DNA from: Gammaproteobacteria bacterium
Lineage (GTDB): Bacteria > Pseudomonadota > Gammaproteobacteria > Eutrophobiales > Eutrophobiaceae
Assembly: GCA_965238225.1 (NCBI GenBank)
Contig: OZ250183.1
Coordinates: 1,658,050-1,722,049, forward strand
Length of the DNA: 64,000 nucleotides
Reading direction: 5' to 3'
Shown one piece after another: positions 1-11,349 of this stretch. The stretch's first letter is position 1. The number at the start of each line of letters is the position of its first letter. The notes below the pieces were generated by a model. The model was not told where the DNA came from and searched no databases. It was given only the letters and a program-made list of their open reading frames with translations. The position numbers and the translations under genes were made by a program.

Positions 1-2043
1 TGTGCCGTTTTGTCCATACAGGGTATCATTGCCGTCATTACCGTACAGGGTGTCGTTATCGTTACCACCGTATAGGGTATCTGTGCCACTACCGCCACTT
101 AAGGTATCGTTGCCAGTCCAGCCGCCTAAGATATCGTTACCCGCACCGCCTTCAAGCACATCATCGCCGTTTTGTCCGTACAGCTTATCGTTGCCGTTAC
201 CTCCATACAGCTTATCGTTGCCGTTATTACCATTGAGAACGTTATCCGTATCATCGCCTATCAACAATCCAGCACCATCAGCAAACTCAATTTTGTCTAA
301 TTGGTAAGTATTGTTTAGGAAGTGATTTTGAATCGTTATAGTTTCTGTTGTGTTATCAGCACCACTTACTTGTAGTAAAAGATTATTATCTGTGCGAGTT
401 ATTTGAACATCTGTAGTAGCAATACCTTGTCCAAGTTGCAAAGTATCCGTGCTGTTGCTTGTATCAAGGTTATGAATGGTTGTATTGCCATCACCCAAAG
501 AAAACAGATAAGTATCATTACCGTTGCCTCCTCCTAGGTAATCCTGTCCTGCACCACCACTTAAGGTATCGTCACCTGCACCTCCCCACAAGACATCGTC
601 ATCCGCACCTCCATTCAAGGTATCGTTACCATTACTGCCGTATAGTGTATCTGTGCCATCACCACCGTATAGTGTATCTATGCCATCACCACCGTATAGT
701 GTATCGTTGCCGTTACCTCCGTACAGGATATCGTTACCACCGAGACCTTCTAATCGATCATCACCACTACCACCAGTGAGAGTGTTATCTGTATCGTCTC
801 CTATCAATAATCTAGCACCATCAGCAAACTTAATTTGGTCTAATCGGTTATCATCACTTAGGAAGTGATCTAGAATCGTTATAGTCTCTGTCGTGTTATC
901 AGAGCCACTTACTTGTAATAGAAGATCATTATCTACACGAGTTACTTGAATACCTGTGGTAACAATGCCTTGTCCAAGTTGCAAGGTATCTGTGCTGTTG
1001 CCTGTACTATAATTATAAATGCTTGTATCACCGTCACCTTGGGAAAACAGATAAGTATCGTTACCAGCACCTCCCCACAGGTAATCCTGTCCTGCACCAC
1101 CACTCAAGACATCGTCACCGATACCTCCATACAAGTAATCGTTATCGTTACCTCCATACAAGGAGTCATTGCCCGCACCTCCATTTAAGATATCTGCGCC
1201 TGTACCGCCACTTAAGGTATCGTTACCGGAACCTCCATTCAAGTTATCGCTACCGGTATTTCCATTTAAGATATCTGCGCCTGTACCGCCACCTAAGGTA
1301 TCGTTACCGTCATTTCCATTCAAGGTATCGTTGCCGTTACCTCCGCTCAAGGTATCGTTGCCGTCACCGCCATTCAAGTAATCGTTACCGTCATTCCCAT
1401 TTAAGGTATCGTTACCAGCAAGACCTTCTAATCGATCATTACCACTACCACCATTGAGAGTGTTATTGTTCTCATCGCCTACAAATAATAAGGCAGCGTC
1501 TATCTGTGTTGCTGTCCATACAGTACCGTCAGCAAACTCAACTTGGTCTAATTGGTAATCATCCCTTAGGAAGTACTTTTGAATCGTTATAGTTTCTGTT
1601 GTGTTATTAGGGCTGTTTACTTTTAATAGAAGATCATTGTTTACACGAGTTACTTGAATATCTGTAGTAGCAATGCCTTGTCCAAGTTTCAAGGTACTTG
1701 TGCTTACACTTTGATCGTAACTATAAATGCCTGTATTGCCGTCACCTAAAGAAAACAGATAAGTATCGTTACCGCCACCGCCAGCCAAGGTATCGGCACC
1801 TATACCGCCACTTAGGGTATCGTTACCGTCATCTCCATATAGGAAATCGTTACCGGCACCCCCGCTTAAGAAATCGTCACCGGCACCTCCATACAAAGTG
1901 TCGTTACCGGCACCCCCGTATAGAAAATCATCACCGTTTTGTCCATACAAGTAATCGTTGCCACCGAGGCCTTCTAATCGATCATTGCTACTATTGCCGC
2001 CAATGATGGTGTTATTGTTCTCGTCGCCTATATAAGTAGCCAT
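1..2043 (-). CDS. RTX/hemolysin-type Ca2+-binding repeat protein (T1SS substrate), 3' end runs off the window
   Basis: Manual minus-strand translation from ATG at 2043: [39 protein letters not shown]...; blocks of GGxGxDxLx nonapeptides alternate with a TYLFSxGDG...LDQVEFADG module. Frame checked at 1558-1560 and 1-3; no stop in the window, hence absent from the ORF track. Confidence 0.93.
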   Translation of the reverse strand, partial: MATYIGDENNNTIIGGNSSNDRLEGLGGNDYLYGQNGDDFLYGGAGNDTLYGGAGDDFLSGGAGNDFLYGDDGNDTLSGGIGADTLAGGGGNDTYLFSLGDGNTGIYSYDQSVSTSTLKLGQGIATTDIQVTRVNNDLLLKVNSPNNTTETITIQKYFLRDDYQLDQVEFADGTVWTATQIDAALLFVGDENNNTLNGGSGNDRLEGLAGNDTLNGNDGNDYLNGGDGNDTLSGGNGNDTLNGNDGNDTLGGGTGADILNGNTGSDNLNGGSGNDTLSGGTGADILNGGAGNDSLYGGNDNDYLYGGIGDDVLSGGAGQDYLWGGAGNDTYLFSQGDGDTSIYNYSTGNSTDTLQLGQGIVTTGIQVTRVDNDLLLQVSGSDNTTETITILDHFLSDDNRLDQIKFADGARLLIGDDTDNTLTGGSGDDRLEGLGGNDILYGGNGNDTLYGGDGIDTLYGGDGTDTLYGSNGNDTLNGGADDDVLWGGAGDDTLSGGAGQDYLGGGNGNDTYLFSLGDGNTTIHNLDTSNSTDTLQLGQGIATTDVQITRTDNNLLLQVSGADNTTETITIQNHFLNNTYQLDKIEFADGAGLLIGDDTDNVLNGNNGNDKLYGGNGNDKLYGQNGDDVLEGGAGNDILGGWTGNDTLSGGSGTDTLYGGNDNDTLYGNDGNDTLYGQNGT

Positions 2044-2806
2044 AATAATATTCCTGTTATTTATACGTTTTATAAAAGGTTGGTTATTTGTAAGTGTAAT
2101 CTTTTTTAAATCTTCTTAACGTTACGGTACAACAATAGTGCTATACAGCGTTCAATCATTAGCCGATATCTTGTTTGCATTTTTGTTGTCAAAAAGGTAT
2201 TTAAAGATAAATCCTGTCAATGTTTTGCGTATTTATCTGTGTTTAAGGCTATATCCTTTAATGTACAACTTTTGCTATCACTAAATTGTGATACCCAAAG
2301 AAGATACCCTAAAAAAACGTTATACGAAAGTGGCAAATACATTAAATGTTGATTTAGCTTTAGATACATAACATGCCTTATACAGGCATTACACTCCCTA
2401 ACATTGGGGGTATGGTCAAAGATTGGTGAAAAAGTTCCACACCAGTTTGATTTAGATTATGTTAAATCTAATTTATAAGGCGAAAGCTATATTTTATCGG
2501 TACTGTGTGAGGGTATTATGTTAAGTATTTTTGACCACAGACGGTCTGGTTTCGCAGCGCAGGGGGGGGCGAGAACGACTGTGACCAAGTTTACGGATGA
2601 CCTTTAGGTGTATTTAAGTCTGTAAAATAGGAAACATATATGAAAAATCTCATTGAATAAAGACGGTGTTGATTTTTAGTTAAAGTTTAAGATAAACCCT
2701 TATATTCACAAGGTTTACTATTCCACGATACAATAGATAGGATTTAAATAGATAGGATTTAAATTAAAGACAGGACTAAATGTAGAATTAGAGGTTAATA
2801 AATAAT

Positions 2807-2834
2807 ATAAAGGGATCTATGTAGATCCCTTTAT
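2807..2834. terminator. Inverted repeat, probable intrinsic terminator of the RTX remnant
   Basis: ataaagggatcta-tg-tagatccctttat, 13-bp perfect arms with A/T-rich flanks, about 60 bp past the stop at 2892. Confidence 0.65.
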
Positions 2835-2891
2835 TGTTATTGTCTTAAACTTAAACCTTTTATTTCACTTAAATCTGCTGTGATTAAGCTA

Positions 2892-3235
2892 TTAGGCAGT
2901 TTGCCATGTTTCAGTCAATACTGTTTGCAAGCTATCAGCAACATCTTGTGCTATGACATTACCTGCACCAAGTGGTACATCATAAGCTGCCATGGCATTG
3001 ACTAATTTGTAGACATCATCTCTTCATCAAATTGTAATATATCATTGACTCGCCGAGTTCGTATCGTAATTATTAATGCTTACTCTATAATCTCTCCGGG
3101 AAAACAAATAAGTATCACTGCCGTTACCTCCTTACCAGGTAATCCTGTCCTGCACCACCGCTAAGATGTCATTACCAGCACCTCCATACAAATCATCGCC
3201 ACCGCGACCTCCCAGTTAAGATATCGTCGCCATTC
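2892..3235 (-). pseudogene. Decayed C-terminal remnant of a second RTX protein
   Basis: Frameshifted nonapeptides ([15 protein letters not shown].. GGAGQDYL.. GGNGSDTYLFS) followed by a T1SS-type C-terminus DDVYKLVNAMAAYDVPLGAGNVIAQDVADSLQTVLTETWQTA*. Confidence 0.85.
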
Positions 3236-3317
3236 TAAATCTACTCTTTACCATCAATTGTCCTCGACAATACATTTCGGGTATTATCGGGGCAGCCCCT
3301 AAAATAAACTCAATATC

Positions 3318-3770
3318 CTATAAAATAAACCTCAATCTTACCCTAAAACGTCTACATACAGTCTTAGGGATATTATCAGGGGTAAGTATAACTGGTATCT
3401 TGCGCTTGCCCTGCCCAAACATTAAAACAATCAAATGTGTATGCACGAATGATTCTGGCAATAAAACAATAGGAACCATCTTGCTTTCTTTTTCATTGTC
3501 GATTGCATTGATGAGATACCACTCATTTTTATTATTCAGTAATAGCTCAGCAGAATTATTTTTTGGCAGATAAATTATTTTGTAATGCCAGTAAACAAGA
3601 CTAAATAATACGATTAAACACATTGCCTGCAACAGGAGAAGCGGTATATTTGAAAAATAAATACAAACTAATGCACCAGAATGACTCAAAAAAACCACGG
3701 TTATCAACCATTTTGAAGGCACTAGTGGAAATCTTATAGGCAGTATAAAATTTGAATCACCTGATGTCAT
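3318..3770 (-). CDS. ygfX: YgfX-like inner membrane protein
   Basis: 150 aa, two N-terminal TM segments, C-terminal PDNIPKTVCRRFRVRLR resembling the YgfX D....RRLRV motif; lies beside the sdh cluster. Confidence 0.6.
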   Translation of the reverse strand: MTSGDSNFILPIRFPLVPSKWLITVVFLSHSGALVCIYFSNIPLLLLQAMCLIVLFSLVYWHYKIIYLPKNNSAELLLNNKNEWYLINAIDNEKESKMVPIVLLPESFVHTHLIVLMFGQGKRKIPVILTPDNIPKTVCRRFRVRLRFIL

Positions 3771-3969
3771 TTGCCCTCCTTTAGAGAATTTAAATTTGAT
3801 AAATTGCTGCGTTGCACATCCATCTTAAAAGTTTTTTGTAGTAAAAATATCTCAAGATTCGAATAGATTCTGGTACAATTTGTGGTTCGCTTGTGTCACC
3901 GCTTATTTTTAATTTAATTTTTGAAATACATATCAGCACAAACGTATACAGTATAAAAAATAAAAAAAC

Positions 3970-4191
3970 ATGGGTAAAAAAAATATCTCAGCAGAAGAAA
4001 CTGAGAAAAAGAACGAATTGACGAATGAATCGACAAAGAATGTTGACAGTGACGTTAACGGTGTTCATAAGAATTATACAATAAATCAGACAATATCTAA
4101 AAAACAAGCGAAAGAAATTGGTGGGCCGAAAGGCCTAGAACCAACGCGTTATGGTGATTGGGAAAAACGTGGCCGCTGTATAGATTTTTAA
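3970..4191 (+). CDS. DUF1674 / SDHAF4-like succinate dehydrogenase assembly factor
   Basis: C-terminal KEIGGPKGLEPTRYGDWEKRGRCIDF signature; immediately upstream of sdhC. Confidence 0.92.
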   Translation: MGKKNISAEETEKKNELTNESTKNVDSDVNGVHKNYTINQTISKKQAKEIGGPKGLEPTRYGDWEKRGRCIDF

Positions 4192-4270
4192 ATATATGTT
4201 TTAAGTGCATAGTTTCAATGCACAGATTTCTGAAATTTTATTAAAAAAAGCAAGATGAGGTAACCACATT

Positions 4271-4660
4271 ATGGCAATGGATAATCGCCCGCTATCGCCA
4301 CATTTACAAATCTATAAACCACAATTAACCTCAGTGTTATCTATTACACACCGTGGAACGGGCATATTCTTGACAATAGGTGCATTTTTTCTGACCTTTT
4401 GGTTATTAGCACTTGCCAATGAGCCAGCATTCTTTACAAGACTACAAAGCCACCTTGCGAGTTGGTATGGTCAGTGCTTGGTCTATGCCTTTGCGTTCTC
4501 TTTATATTTTCACTTATGCAACGGCATACGCCATTTGTTCTGGGATGTCGGTCTTGGACTTGATATTAATGTTTCCTACAAGACAGGCTACGCTGTAGTT
4601 GCAGCCTCGGTTATTTTTACACTCATAACGTTTTGTTTGGCTGCAGGAAATGCGGCATGA
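4271..4660 (+). CDS. sdhC: Succinate dehydrogenase cytochrome b556 subunit
   Basis: NRPLSPHLQIYKPQ, SITHRGTG, HLCNGIRHLFWD motifs. Confidence 0.96.
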   Translation: MAMDNRPLSPHLQIYKPQLTSVLSITHRGTGIFLTIGAFFLTFWLLALANEPAFFTRLQSHLASWYGQCLVYAFAFSLYFHLCNGIRHLFWDVGLGLDINVSYKTGYAVVAASVIFTLITFCLAAGNAA

Positions 4661-5037
4661 GTTTGAGCACTCCCCTTGCTAAAGCCCGTGGTCTTGGCAC
4701 AGCCAAGTCAGGTACACATCACTGGATAGCGCAAAGACTGACTGCAATTGCACTTATCCCACTTAGCATCTGGTTTGTATTTTCGCTTGTCTGCATGACA
4801 GAACTTACTTATCAAGCAGCCATTGAATGGATTCGATCACCAATGGTAGCTATATTTTTATTACTTTTTATCGTTGCCTTGTTTCATCATGCGCAACTCG
4901 GCATGCAAATTATCATTGAAGATTATATTGATTGCAAGGTAATTAAAATTACAAAACTTATCCTACTTAAACTTATTTCATTTTTTGCAGGTTTAGCAGC
5001 TACGGTAGCCATTTTAAAAATTTACCTTGGGTCGTAA
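4657..5037 (+). CDS. sdhD: Succinate dehydrogenase hydrophobic anchor subunit
   Basis: ARGLGTAKSGTHHWIAQRLTA and HAQLGMQIIIEDY; start reassigned to the ATG overlapping the sdhC stop (ATGA). Confidence 0.95.
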   Translation: MSLSTPLAKARGLGTAKSGTHHWIAQRLTAIALIPLSIWFVFSLVCMTELTYQAAIEWIRSPMVAIFLLLFIVALFHHAQLGMQIIIEDYIDCKVIKITKLILLKLISFFAGLAATVAILKIYLGS

Positions 5038-5046
5038 CCCTAAAAT

Positions 5047-6837
5047 ATGTCTAATCAATACGAAATCATTGAGCATGAATATGATGTAGTGATTGTCGGT
5101 GCTGGCGGTGCTGGCTTACGCGCAACCTTTGGTATGGCTGCCAAAGGACTAAAAACAGCCTGCCTAAGCAAAGTTTTTCCAACCAGAAGTCATACCGTTG
5201 CTGCACAAGGTGGCATGAGTGCGTCCCTTGGTAATATGGGTGAAGATGACTGGCGCTGGCATATGTACGATACCATCAAAGGATCAGACTGGCTGGGCGA
5301 TCAAGATGCCATTGAATACATGTGTCGCGAAGCTGTACCTGCAGTGATTGAGTTAGAACATCAGGGCGTGCCTTTCTCAAGAACTGAGGAAGGAAAAATA
5401 TACCAACGACCTTTTGGTGGCATGACCACCAACTACGGTGAGGGCATAGCACAGCGAACCTGTGCAGCGGCCGATAGAACAGGGCACGCCATCCTCCACG
5501 CCTTATATCAGCAATCACTTAAACATGAAGCCGAATTCTTTGTCGAATATTTTGCCCTAGATCTAATTATGGATGATAACGGTGTCTGTCGCGGTGTGCT
5601 GGCATGGGATTTGGCTACTGGCAAGTTACATTCCTTCCGCGCGCATAGTGTCTGCCTAGCGACTGGTGGCTATGGCCGTTCTTATTTTTCATGTACTTCA
5701 GCACATACCTGTACAGGTGATGGTAATGCTATGGTGCTGCGTGCAGGGCTGCCTTTGCAGGACATGGAATTTATTCAGTTTCACCCAACTGGCATTTACG
5801 GTTCAGGCTGTTTGATTACCGAAGGCTGTCGTGGTGAAGGCGGTTATTTGACCAACTCCGAAGGTGAGAGATTTATGGAACGCTATGCACCTTCTGCCAA
5901 AGATCTAGCTTCACGCGATGTGGTCAGTCGTTCTATGACTATAGAAATTCGCGAAGGACGCGGGGTTGGCCCAGAAAAAGATCATATCTTTTTGCATCTT
6001 GAACATCTAGGGCCAGAGATTATTAATGAACGTCTGCCGGGCATTGCCGAATCCGCAAAAATATTTGCAGGCATCGATGTCAATAAAGAACCGATACCCG
6101 TTATTCCAACGGTGCATTATAATATGGGAGGTATCCCAACCAATTATCAAGGACAAGTTGTCACATTAAAGGGTGGCGATCCAGATACTATCGTTGGCGG
6201 TTTAATGGCTATAGGTGAATGTGCCTGCGTCTCTGTGCATGGGGCAAATCGACTGGGTTCAAATTCACTACTAGATCTCATTGTCTTTGGCCGTGCAGCT
6301 GCCATTTATGCATCTGATAATATTAAACTGGGCACACTGCATAAAGAATTACCGAAAGAAATAATAAACAAGCTGATTAAAAAATTTGATTACATAAGAA
6401 ATGCTAATGGTTCAAGGCCAACCACTGATCTCAGGTTTGAGATGCAGAAAATCATGCAAAACAATGCGGCGGTGTTCCGTACTGGCAATATAATGCAAGA
6501 AGGAATTGAATTACTCCAAAAAACTACATCATCTTTTGCAGATATTAAAATAAATGATCGCTCTATGGTATGGAATACTGACTTAGTCGAAACACTGGAG
6601 CTTGAGAATCTTTTACAGTGTGCAACAGTGAGTATTGCTGGCGCTAAGAATCGGCAAGAAAGTCGCGGTGGACATGCGCGAGAAGACTTCCCAGAACGCG
6701 ATGATGAAAACTGGATGAAACATACCTTAACTTGGCTGGATGATAACTACAAAGCAACTTTCGACTACCGTCCCGTGCATATGTATACATTGACTGACGA
6801 AGTAGAAATATTTCCACCAAAAAAACGTGTCTATTAA
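5047..6837 (+). CDS. sdhA: Succinate dehydrogenase flavoprotein
   Basis: GAGGAG FAD-binding loop, [10 protein letters not shown] covalent-FAD motif, [14 protein letters not shown]. Confidence 0.98.
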   Translation: MSNQYEIIEHEYDVVIVGAGGAGLRATFGMAAKGLKTACLSKVFPTRSHTVAAQGGMSASLGNMGEDDWRWHMYDTIKGSDWLGDQDAIEYMCREAVPAVIELEHQGVPFSRTEEGKIYQRPFGGMTTNYGEGIAQRTCAAADRTGHAILHALYQQSLKHEAEFFVEYFALDLIMDDNGVCRGVLAWDLATGKLHSFRAHSVCLATGGYGRSYFSCTSAHTCTGDGNAMVLRAGLPLQDMEFIQFHPTGIYGSGCLITEGCRGEGGYLTNSEGERFMERYAPSAKDLASRDVVSRSMTIEIREGRGVGPEKDHIFLHLEHLGPEIINERLPGIAESAKIFAGIDVNKEPIPVIPTVHYNMGGIPTNYQGQVVTLKGGDPDTIVGGLMAIGECACVSVHGANRLGSNSLLDLIVFGRAAAIYASDNIKLGTLHKELPKEIINKLIKKFDYIRNANGSRPTTDLRFEMQKIMQNNAAVFRTGNIMQEGIELLQKTTSSFADIKINDRSMVWNTDLVETLELENLLQCATVSIAGAKNRQESRGGHAREDFPERDDENWMKHTLTWLDDNYKATFDYRPVHMYTLTDEVEIFPPKKRVY

Positions 6838-6987
6838 TAAATAAGTGATAAAAATTATTAAAAAAATATTTGTTAAAGTGAAAAGTGAGATATTTCTTAA
6901 TAAGAAATTTATAATAAAAAAAGATAGGTCTGCTTTCATCATAGAATATCATAAGCATATGTTTCTCAACTTTAAGGAGTAAACCTG

Positions 6988-7770
6988 ATGGCTGAATTTA
7001 CACTTCCAAAAAATTCAAAAATTAAGAAGGGGGAAACCATTGCCGCTGCAGGTGGTGCGAAAAATAAAAAATCTTTTCATATCTATCGTTGGGAGCCTGA
7101 TTCCGGTAATAATCCAAGAATGGATACCTATGAAATCGATCTAGATAAATGTGGCCCGATGGTGCTTGATGCCATTATCTACATCAAAAATGAGCTAGAC
7201 ACCACCTTAACATTCCGTCGTTCATGCCGCGAAGGTATCTGTGGATCCTGTTCTATGAATATTGGCGGAACAAATACGCTGGCCTGCACAAAAGCCATTG
7301 GAGCCTATAAAGGCGACATCAAAATTTATCCATTGCCTCATCTGCCAGTGGTTAAGGATTTAGTGCCGGATCTAACAAATTTTTATGCACAATATGCTTC
7401 TATAAAACCTTGGATACAGACTCAATCACCGCCGCCGCCTGATCGTGAACGCTTGCAATCAAAAAAAGAACGTGCGGAGCTAGATGGACTTTATGAATGT
7501 ATTCTCTGTGCTTGCTGCTCTACCAGTTGTCCGAGTTATTGGTGGAACAGTGATCGCTACTTAGGTCCAGCGACCTTGTTGCAGGCTTATCGCTGGATTG
7601 CGGATTCCCGTGACGAGAATACTGGTGAACGTCTGGATGAATTAGAAGATCCGTTCAGATTGTATCGTTGTCATACTATCATGAACTGTACAAGTACCTG
7701 TCCTAAAGGTTTGAATCCAGCCAAGGCAATCGGCAAAATTAAAAAGCTACTGGTTGAACGCTCTATATAA
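6988..7770 (+). CDS. sdhB: Succinate dehydrogenase iron-sulfur subunit
   Basis: [34 protein letters not shown] Fe-S motifs. Confidence 0.98.
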   Translation: MAEFTLPKNSKIKKGETIAAAGGAKNKKSFHIYRWEPDSGNNPRMDTYEIDLDKCGPMVLDAIIYIKNELDTTLTFRRSCREGICGSCSMNIGGTNTLACTKAIGAYKGDIKIYPLPHLPVVKDLVPDLTNFYAQYASIKPWIQTQSPPPPDRERLQSKKERAELDGLYECILCACCSTSCPSYWWNSDRYLGPATLLQAYRWIADSRDENTGERLDELEDPFRLYRCHTIMNCTSTCPKGLNPAKAIGKIKKLLVERSI

Positions 7771-7779
7771 AGTGCACTG

Positions 7780-8049
7780 ATGAGCCAACGCTCAAAAATA
7801 TTTTGGCGCTGCCGACGGGGTATACGAGAGATGGATATTCTCTTGCAAAACTATCTTGAGCTTCACTACAACACCTCGTCTGTCCATGATAAAGATACCT
7901 TTGAAGCGCTTCTTGATGAGGCTGATCTTGATATTCTTGCATGGATAACAGAGAAAACTTTTCCTGATAAAAAGTATGTTGGCATCATCGAAACTATTCG
8001 TGGTCTTGCAGAAACTGCAAAAATTTATCCAGATAACACTACATCCTGA
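7780..8049 (+). CDS. sdhE: FAD assembly factor SdhE (Sdh5 family)
   Basis: WRCRRGIREMD motif; follows sdhB. Confidence 0.92.
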   Translation: MSQRSKIFWRCRRGIREMDILLQNYLELHYNTSSVHDKDTFEALLDEADLDILAWITEKTFPDKKYVGIIETIRGLAETAKIYPDNTTS

Positions 8050-8057
8050 TAATAAAA

Positions 8058-9083
8058 ATGCATGCTGATTGGCAAAATTTCCTAAAGAACGAAGGTGCAA
8101 CCTTTAAGAATGAAAAATTACTTGCGTACACAAATGAATATAAGTCTGGACAATCAATCGATAATATAATCACCGATCTTTCTCATTTGGCTCTTATTGA
8201 AGTTTCTGGTGATGATGTAATAGATTTTCTTAATAAACAATTTACAACAAATATAAAAAAATTGGCTAAACATCAACTGCAATTTTGCGCATGGTGTAAT
8301 CCAAAAGGTCAGGTAAAAATAACATTTTTTATCTATCGACATGAAACAGGCTGCAATATACTGCTGCCCGCTGAATTGCAAAAATTATTCATAGAACAAA
8401 TAAAAATGTACATCATGCGGGAAAATGTGAAACTCATTGACAAGAGTAATGAGCTGGTCAGAGTCGGCATACAAACAAATGATAATAGGATTCTAGCTAA
8501 GTTCATTGAACCCTTACCCAAGCAAGAAGGTGACATTACAATTCAAAATAACCTTCATTGCTTGCGTGTATTCGGATCTCGGAATAATTCACAGCGTTAT
8601 ATTTTTATTGGTTCAGTCGAAAGACTGACAAATCTATGGAAGGAACTTTTGAGGCATGTCACCCCTGTCGAAACATCTATTTGGAAATTACTGGATATAC
8701 AAGCTGCCTACCCATGGATAGGCACTCAGACTGCACAAAAATTTTTGCCACAAATATTAAATCTAGACTTAATTAATGGACTAGATTATCAAAAGGGATG
8801 TTATCCGGGTCAGGAAATTATTGCGCGGGCGCATTTTCGAGGGCAACTTAAACGTTGCCTGTATCTGGCAACATGTACAACTGATACTTGCCCAGAAAAT
8901 AATGATTCAATTATTTCTTCTGAAGGCAACAATGTTGGCACCATTATTAATACACAAGTATTTTCAGGTAAACATTACCTACTCGCCGTGATTGAAAAAA
9001 AGTTAATAGGAAATATTTTATCTATTCACGATCCTGGCGGACCAAAGATAAGCGTAGAGACATTACCCTATAACAAACAATGA
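8058..9083 (+). CDS. ygfZ: Folate-binding Fe-S/tRNA-modification protein YgfZ
   Basis: KGCYPGQEIIAR signature and GcvT-like N-terminus. Confidence 0.93.
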   Translation: MHADWQNFLKNEGATFKNEKLLAYTNEYKSGQSIDNIITDLSHLALIEVSGDDVIDFLNKQFTTNIKKLAKHQLQFCAWCNPKGQVKITFFIYRHETGCNILLPAELQKLFIEQIKMYIMRENVKLIDKSNELVRVGIQTNDNRILAKFIEPLPKQEGDITIQNNLHCLRVFGSRNNSQRYIFIGSVERLTNLWKELLRHVTPVETSIWKLLDIQAAYPWIGTQTAQKFLPQILNLDLINGLDYQKGCYPGQEIIARAHFRGQLKRCLYLATCTTDTCPENNDSIISSEGNNVGTIINTQVFSGKHYLLAVIEKKLIGNILSIHDPGGPKISVETLPYNKQ

Positions 9084-9242
9084 TTACGCACAGCCAGTTT
9101 AAATCCGCTAGGTGGCAACGTATTATTAAAGTATTTAGGTGAATACAAAGATGATTCACAACTAAAAGCAGCGGTCGCGATTTCTGTGTCTTATCTATTA
9201 GGAAATAGTGCCGCGAAATTGGAAAACGGGAATAAAATTTAT

Positions 9243-9734
9243 ATGTTTTCACCCAGAATAATCTACTCAATCATCTTTGCCATCTGCGCATCACTTCTGG
9301 GGTTCGGCCTTTATCTGGAACATGCTGTAGGTTTGGAACCTTGCCCGCTATGCGTCTTCCAACGTGTTGCCTATATTGTCATCGGCCTGATTGCATTAAT
9401 TGCTGCCATCCATAACCCAAAGAAACTGTTTGAAAGAATCTATAACTTCTTAATATTCATGGCTTCATTTTGCGGCGCAGGCATCGCCGGACGTCAGATC
9501 TGGTTGCAACATCTTCCCGCAAACAAGATACCTGAATGCGGTCTCGGACTGGAATATATGCTCAATTTTTTTCCTTTCATCGATGCGATCAAGATGATAC
9601 TCAGTGGTTCTGGTGAATGTGCAAAAGTACAATGGACGTTCTTAAACTTTAGTATTGCTGAATGGAGCATTCTTTTTTTTATAGGTCTTATGATCGTATG
9701 CTTGACAATGTTTCTGAAAAAATTAACATCATAA
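9243..9734 (+). CDS. dsbB: Disulfide bond formation protein B
   Basis: LEPCPLCVFQR motif, second Cys pair, four TM segments; start placed at in-frame ATG 9243. Confidence 0.92.
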   Translation: MFSPRIIYSIIFAICASLLGFGLYLEHAVGLEPCPLCVFQRVAYIVIGLIALIAAIHNPKKLFERIYNFLIFMASFCGAGIAGRQIWLQHLPANKIPECGLGLEYMLNFFPFIDAIKMILSGSGECAKVQWTFLNFSIAEWSILFFIGLMIVCLTMFLKKLTS

Positions 9735-9785
9735 AATTTCCTTGATTGTACTCCTGTAACTTTATTTTGTTGGTGATCTTGATCA

Positions 9786-11159
9786 TTAGAAAGGCATGCC
9801 GTCTGGAGGCATCCCGCCGCCGCCCATACCACCTAGACCTCGCATCATTTTCTTCACACCACCTTTTCCTGAGAGTTTTTTCATCATCTTTTGCATTTGC
9901 TTGAATTGTTTTAGCAATCGATTCACGTCCTGAATCTGTGTCCCTGACCCCGCAGCTATTCTCCTTTTACGTGAACCATTTATTACCGCAGGCATTCTCC
10001 GTTCATGAGGCGTCATTGAATGAATAATTGATTCCAGCTTGATGAATTGCTGATCGCCTGCTTGAGTATTTATATTTGCAGGCAAGCCACCTATGCCCGG
10101 TAATTTATCCATCATGTTAGCCATACCACCCATGTTTCGCATCTGTTGTAATTGATCACGAAAATCCTCAAGACTAAACCCTTTGCCCTTTTGAATTTTC
10201 TTTGCAAGTTTCTCTGCTTTCTTTTGATCTGTTTTTCCCTGAACTTCTTCAATAAGACTCAGTACGTCGCCCATACCGAGGATGCGTGAAGTCATACGTT
10301 CTGGGTGGAAAGCTGTGAATTCAGAAGTCTTTTCACCTGTGCCCATAAACTTAATGGGCTTACCTGTGACATTACGTACAGATAATGCTGCACCGCCTCT
10401 GGCATCACCATCTGTCTTGGTTAAAACAACACCCGTCAACGACAAGGCTTCATCAAACACCTTAGCTGCATTGACAGCATCTTGACCCATCATACTATCG
10501 ACAACAAATAATACATCTGAAGGTGCTAAAACAGACTGCAACTGTCTAATCTCCCTCATCATCTCATCATCAATATGCAAACGCCCCGCAGTATCAACAA
10601 TCAAACCATCAAAATTTTGTTTACGTGCATAATCTAGGGCTTGTTTGGCAATCTCAACCGGGTTTTTATTCTGTGTCAGATAAAAATCAACGTTAATCTC
10701 GTTTGCCAAAATTTTTAGCTGCTCGGCAGCCGCAGGACGATAAACATCGCAACTAGCTACCAATATTTTCTTTTTCTCTTTTTCAGTTAGCAGTCTTGCC
10801 AGCTTAGCAACGGCGGTTGTTTTACCTGCGCCTTGTAAACCTGCCATCATAATGACGGCTGGTGGCAGGACTTCAAAATTGAGAGCAGTATTGACTTCAC
10901 CTAACAGTGAAATAAGTTCTGCTTCAACAATTTTCACAACCGCTTGTCCTGGTGTCAGGCTGGTCATAACCTCCTGACCCAAGGCACGCTCACGTACGTG
11001 TTCGATAAAGTCACGAACAACAGGTAAGGCGACATCGGCCTCAAGTAATGCCATGCGCACTTCACGCATAGCCGTGGCTATATTAGCTTCAGTCAGACGA
11101 CCTTGACCTTTAAGGTTTTTTATCGTCTTGACAAGATGTTCAGAAAGTGTGTCAAACAT
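9786..11159 (-). CDS. ffh: Signal recognition particle protein
   Basis: GLQGAGKTT, DTAGR, TKTDGDARGG, Met-rich M domain. Confidence 0.98.
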   Translation of the reverse strand: MFDTLSEHLVKTIKNLKGQGRLTEANIATAMREVRMALLEADVALPVVRDFIEHVRERALGQEVMTSLTPGQAVVKIVEAELISLLGEVNTALNFEVLPPAVIMMAGLQGAGKTTAVAKLARLLTEKEKKKILVASCDVYRPAAAEQLKILANEINVDFYLTQNKNPVEIAKQALDYARKQNFDGLIVDTAGRLHIDDEMMREIRQLQSVLAPSDVLFVVDSMMGQDAVNAAKVFDEALSLTGVVLTKTDGDARGGAALSVRNVTGKPIKFMGTGEKTSEFTAFHPERMTSRILGMGDVLSLIEEVQGKTDQKKAEKLAKKIQKGKGFSLEDFRDQLQQMRNMGGMANMMDKLPGIGGLPANINTQAGDQQFIKLESIIHSMTPHERRMPAVINGSRKRRIAAGSGTQIQDVNRLLKQFKQMQKMMKKLSGKGGVKKMMRGLGGMGGGGMPPDGMPF

Positions 11160-11349
11160 AATTTAGCTGGTTTCTCGTAAATATTGCCTAATGCATCTTA
11201 TAGTCTTTCTTCGATACTTCAGAGATATGTGGATTTTAACAGGAATAAGGCTGGTTCTCATCTTCTGCACAACATCATTTATTGTGCTTCAATGACACCT
11301 GCAAATATGCAATCATGGTTCAATTATTTAATCTGAACTTGATAATTTT

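Noticed and set aside
2-2006. Plus-strand Pro/Ser- and His/Arg/Tyr-rich ORFs
   Set aside because: Antisense shadows of the minus-strand RTX repeats.
2044-2800. Long leader upstream of the RTX gene as a riboswitch or sRNA
   Set aside because: Only short hairpins and a G run; I could not match any riboswitch consensus by eye.
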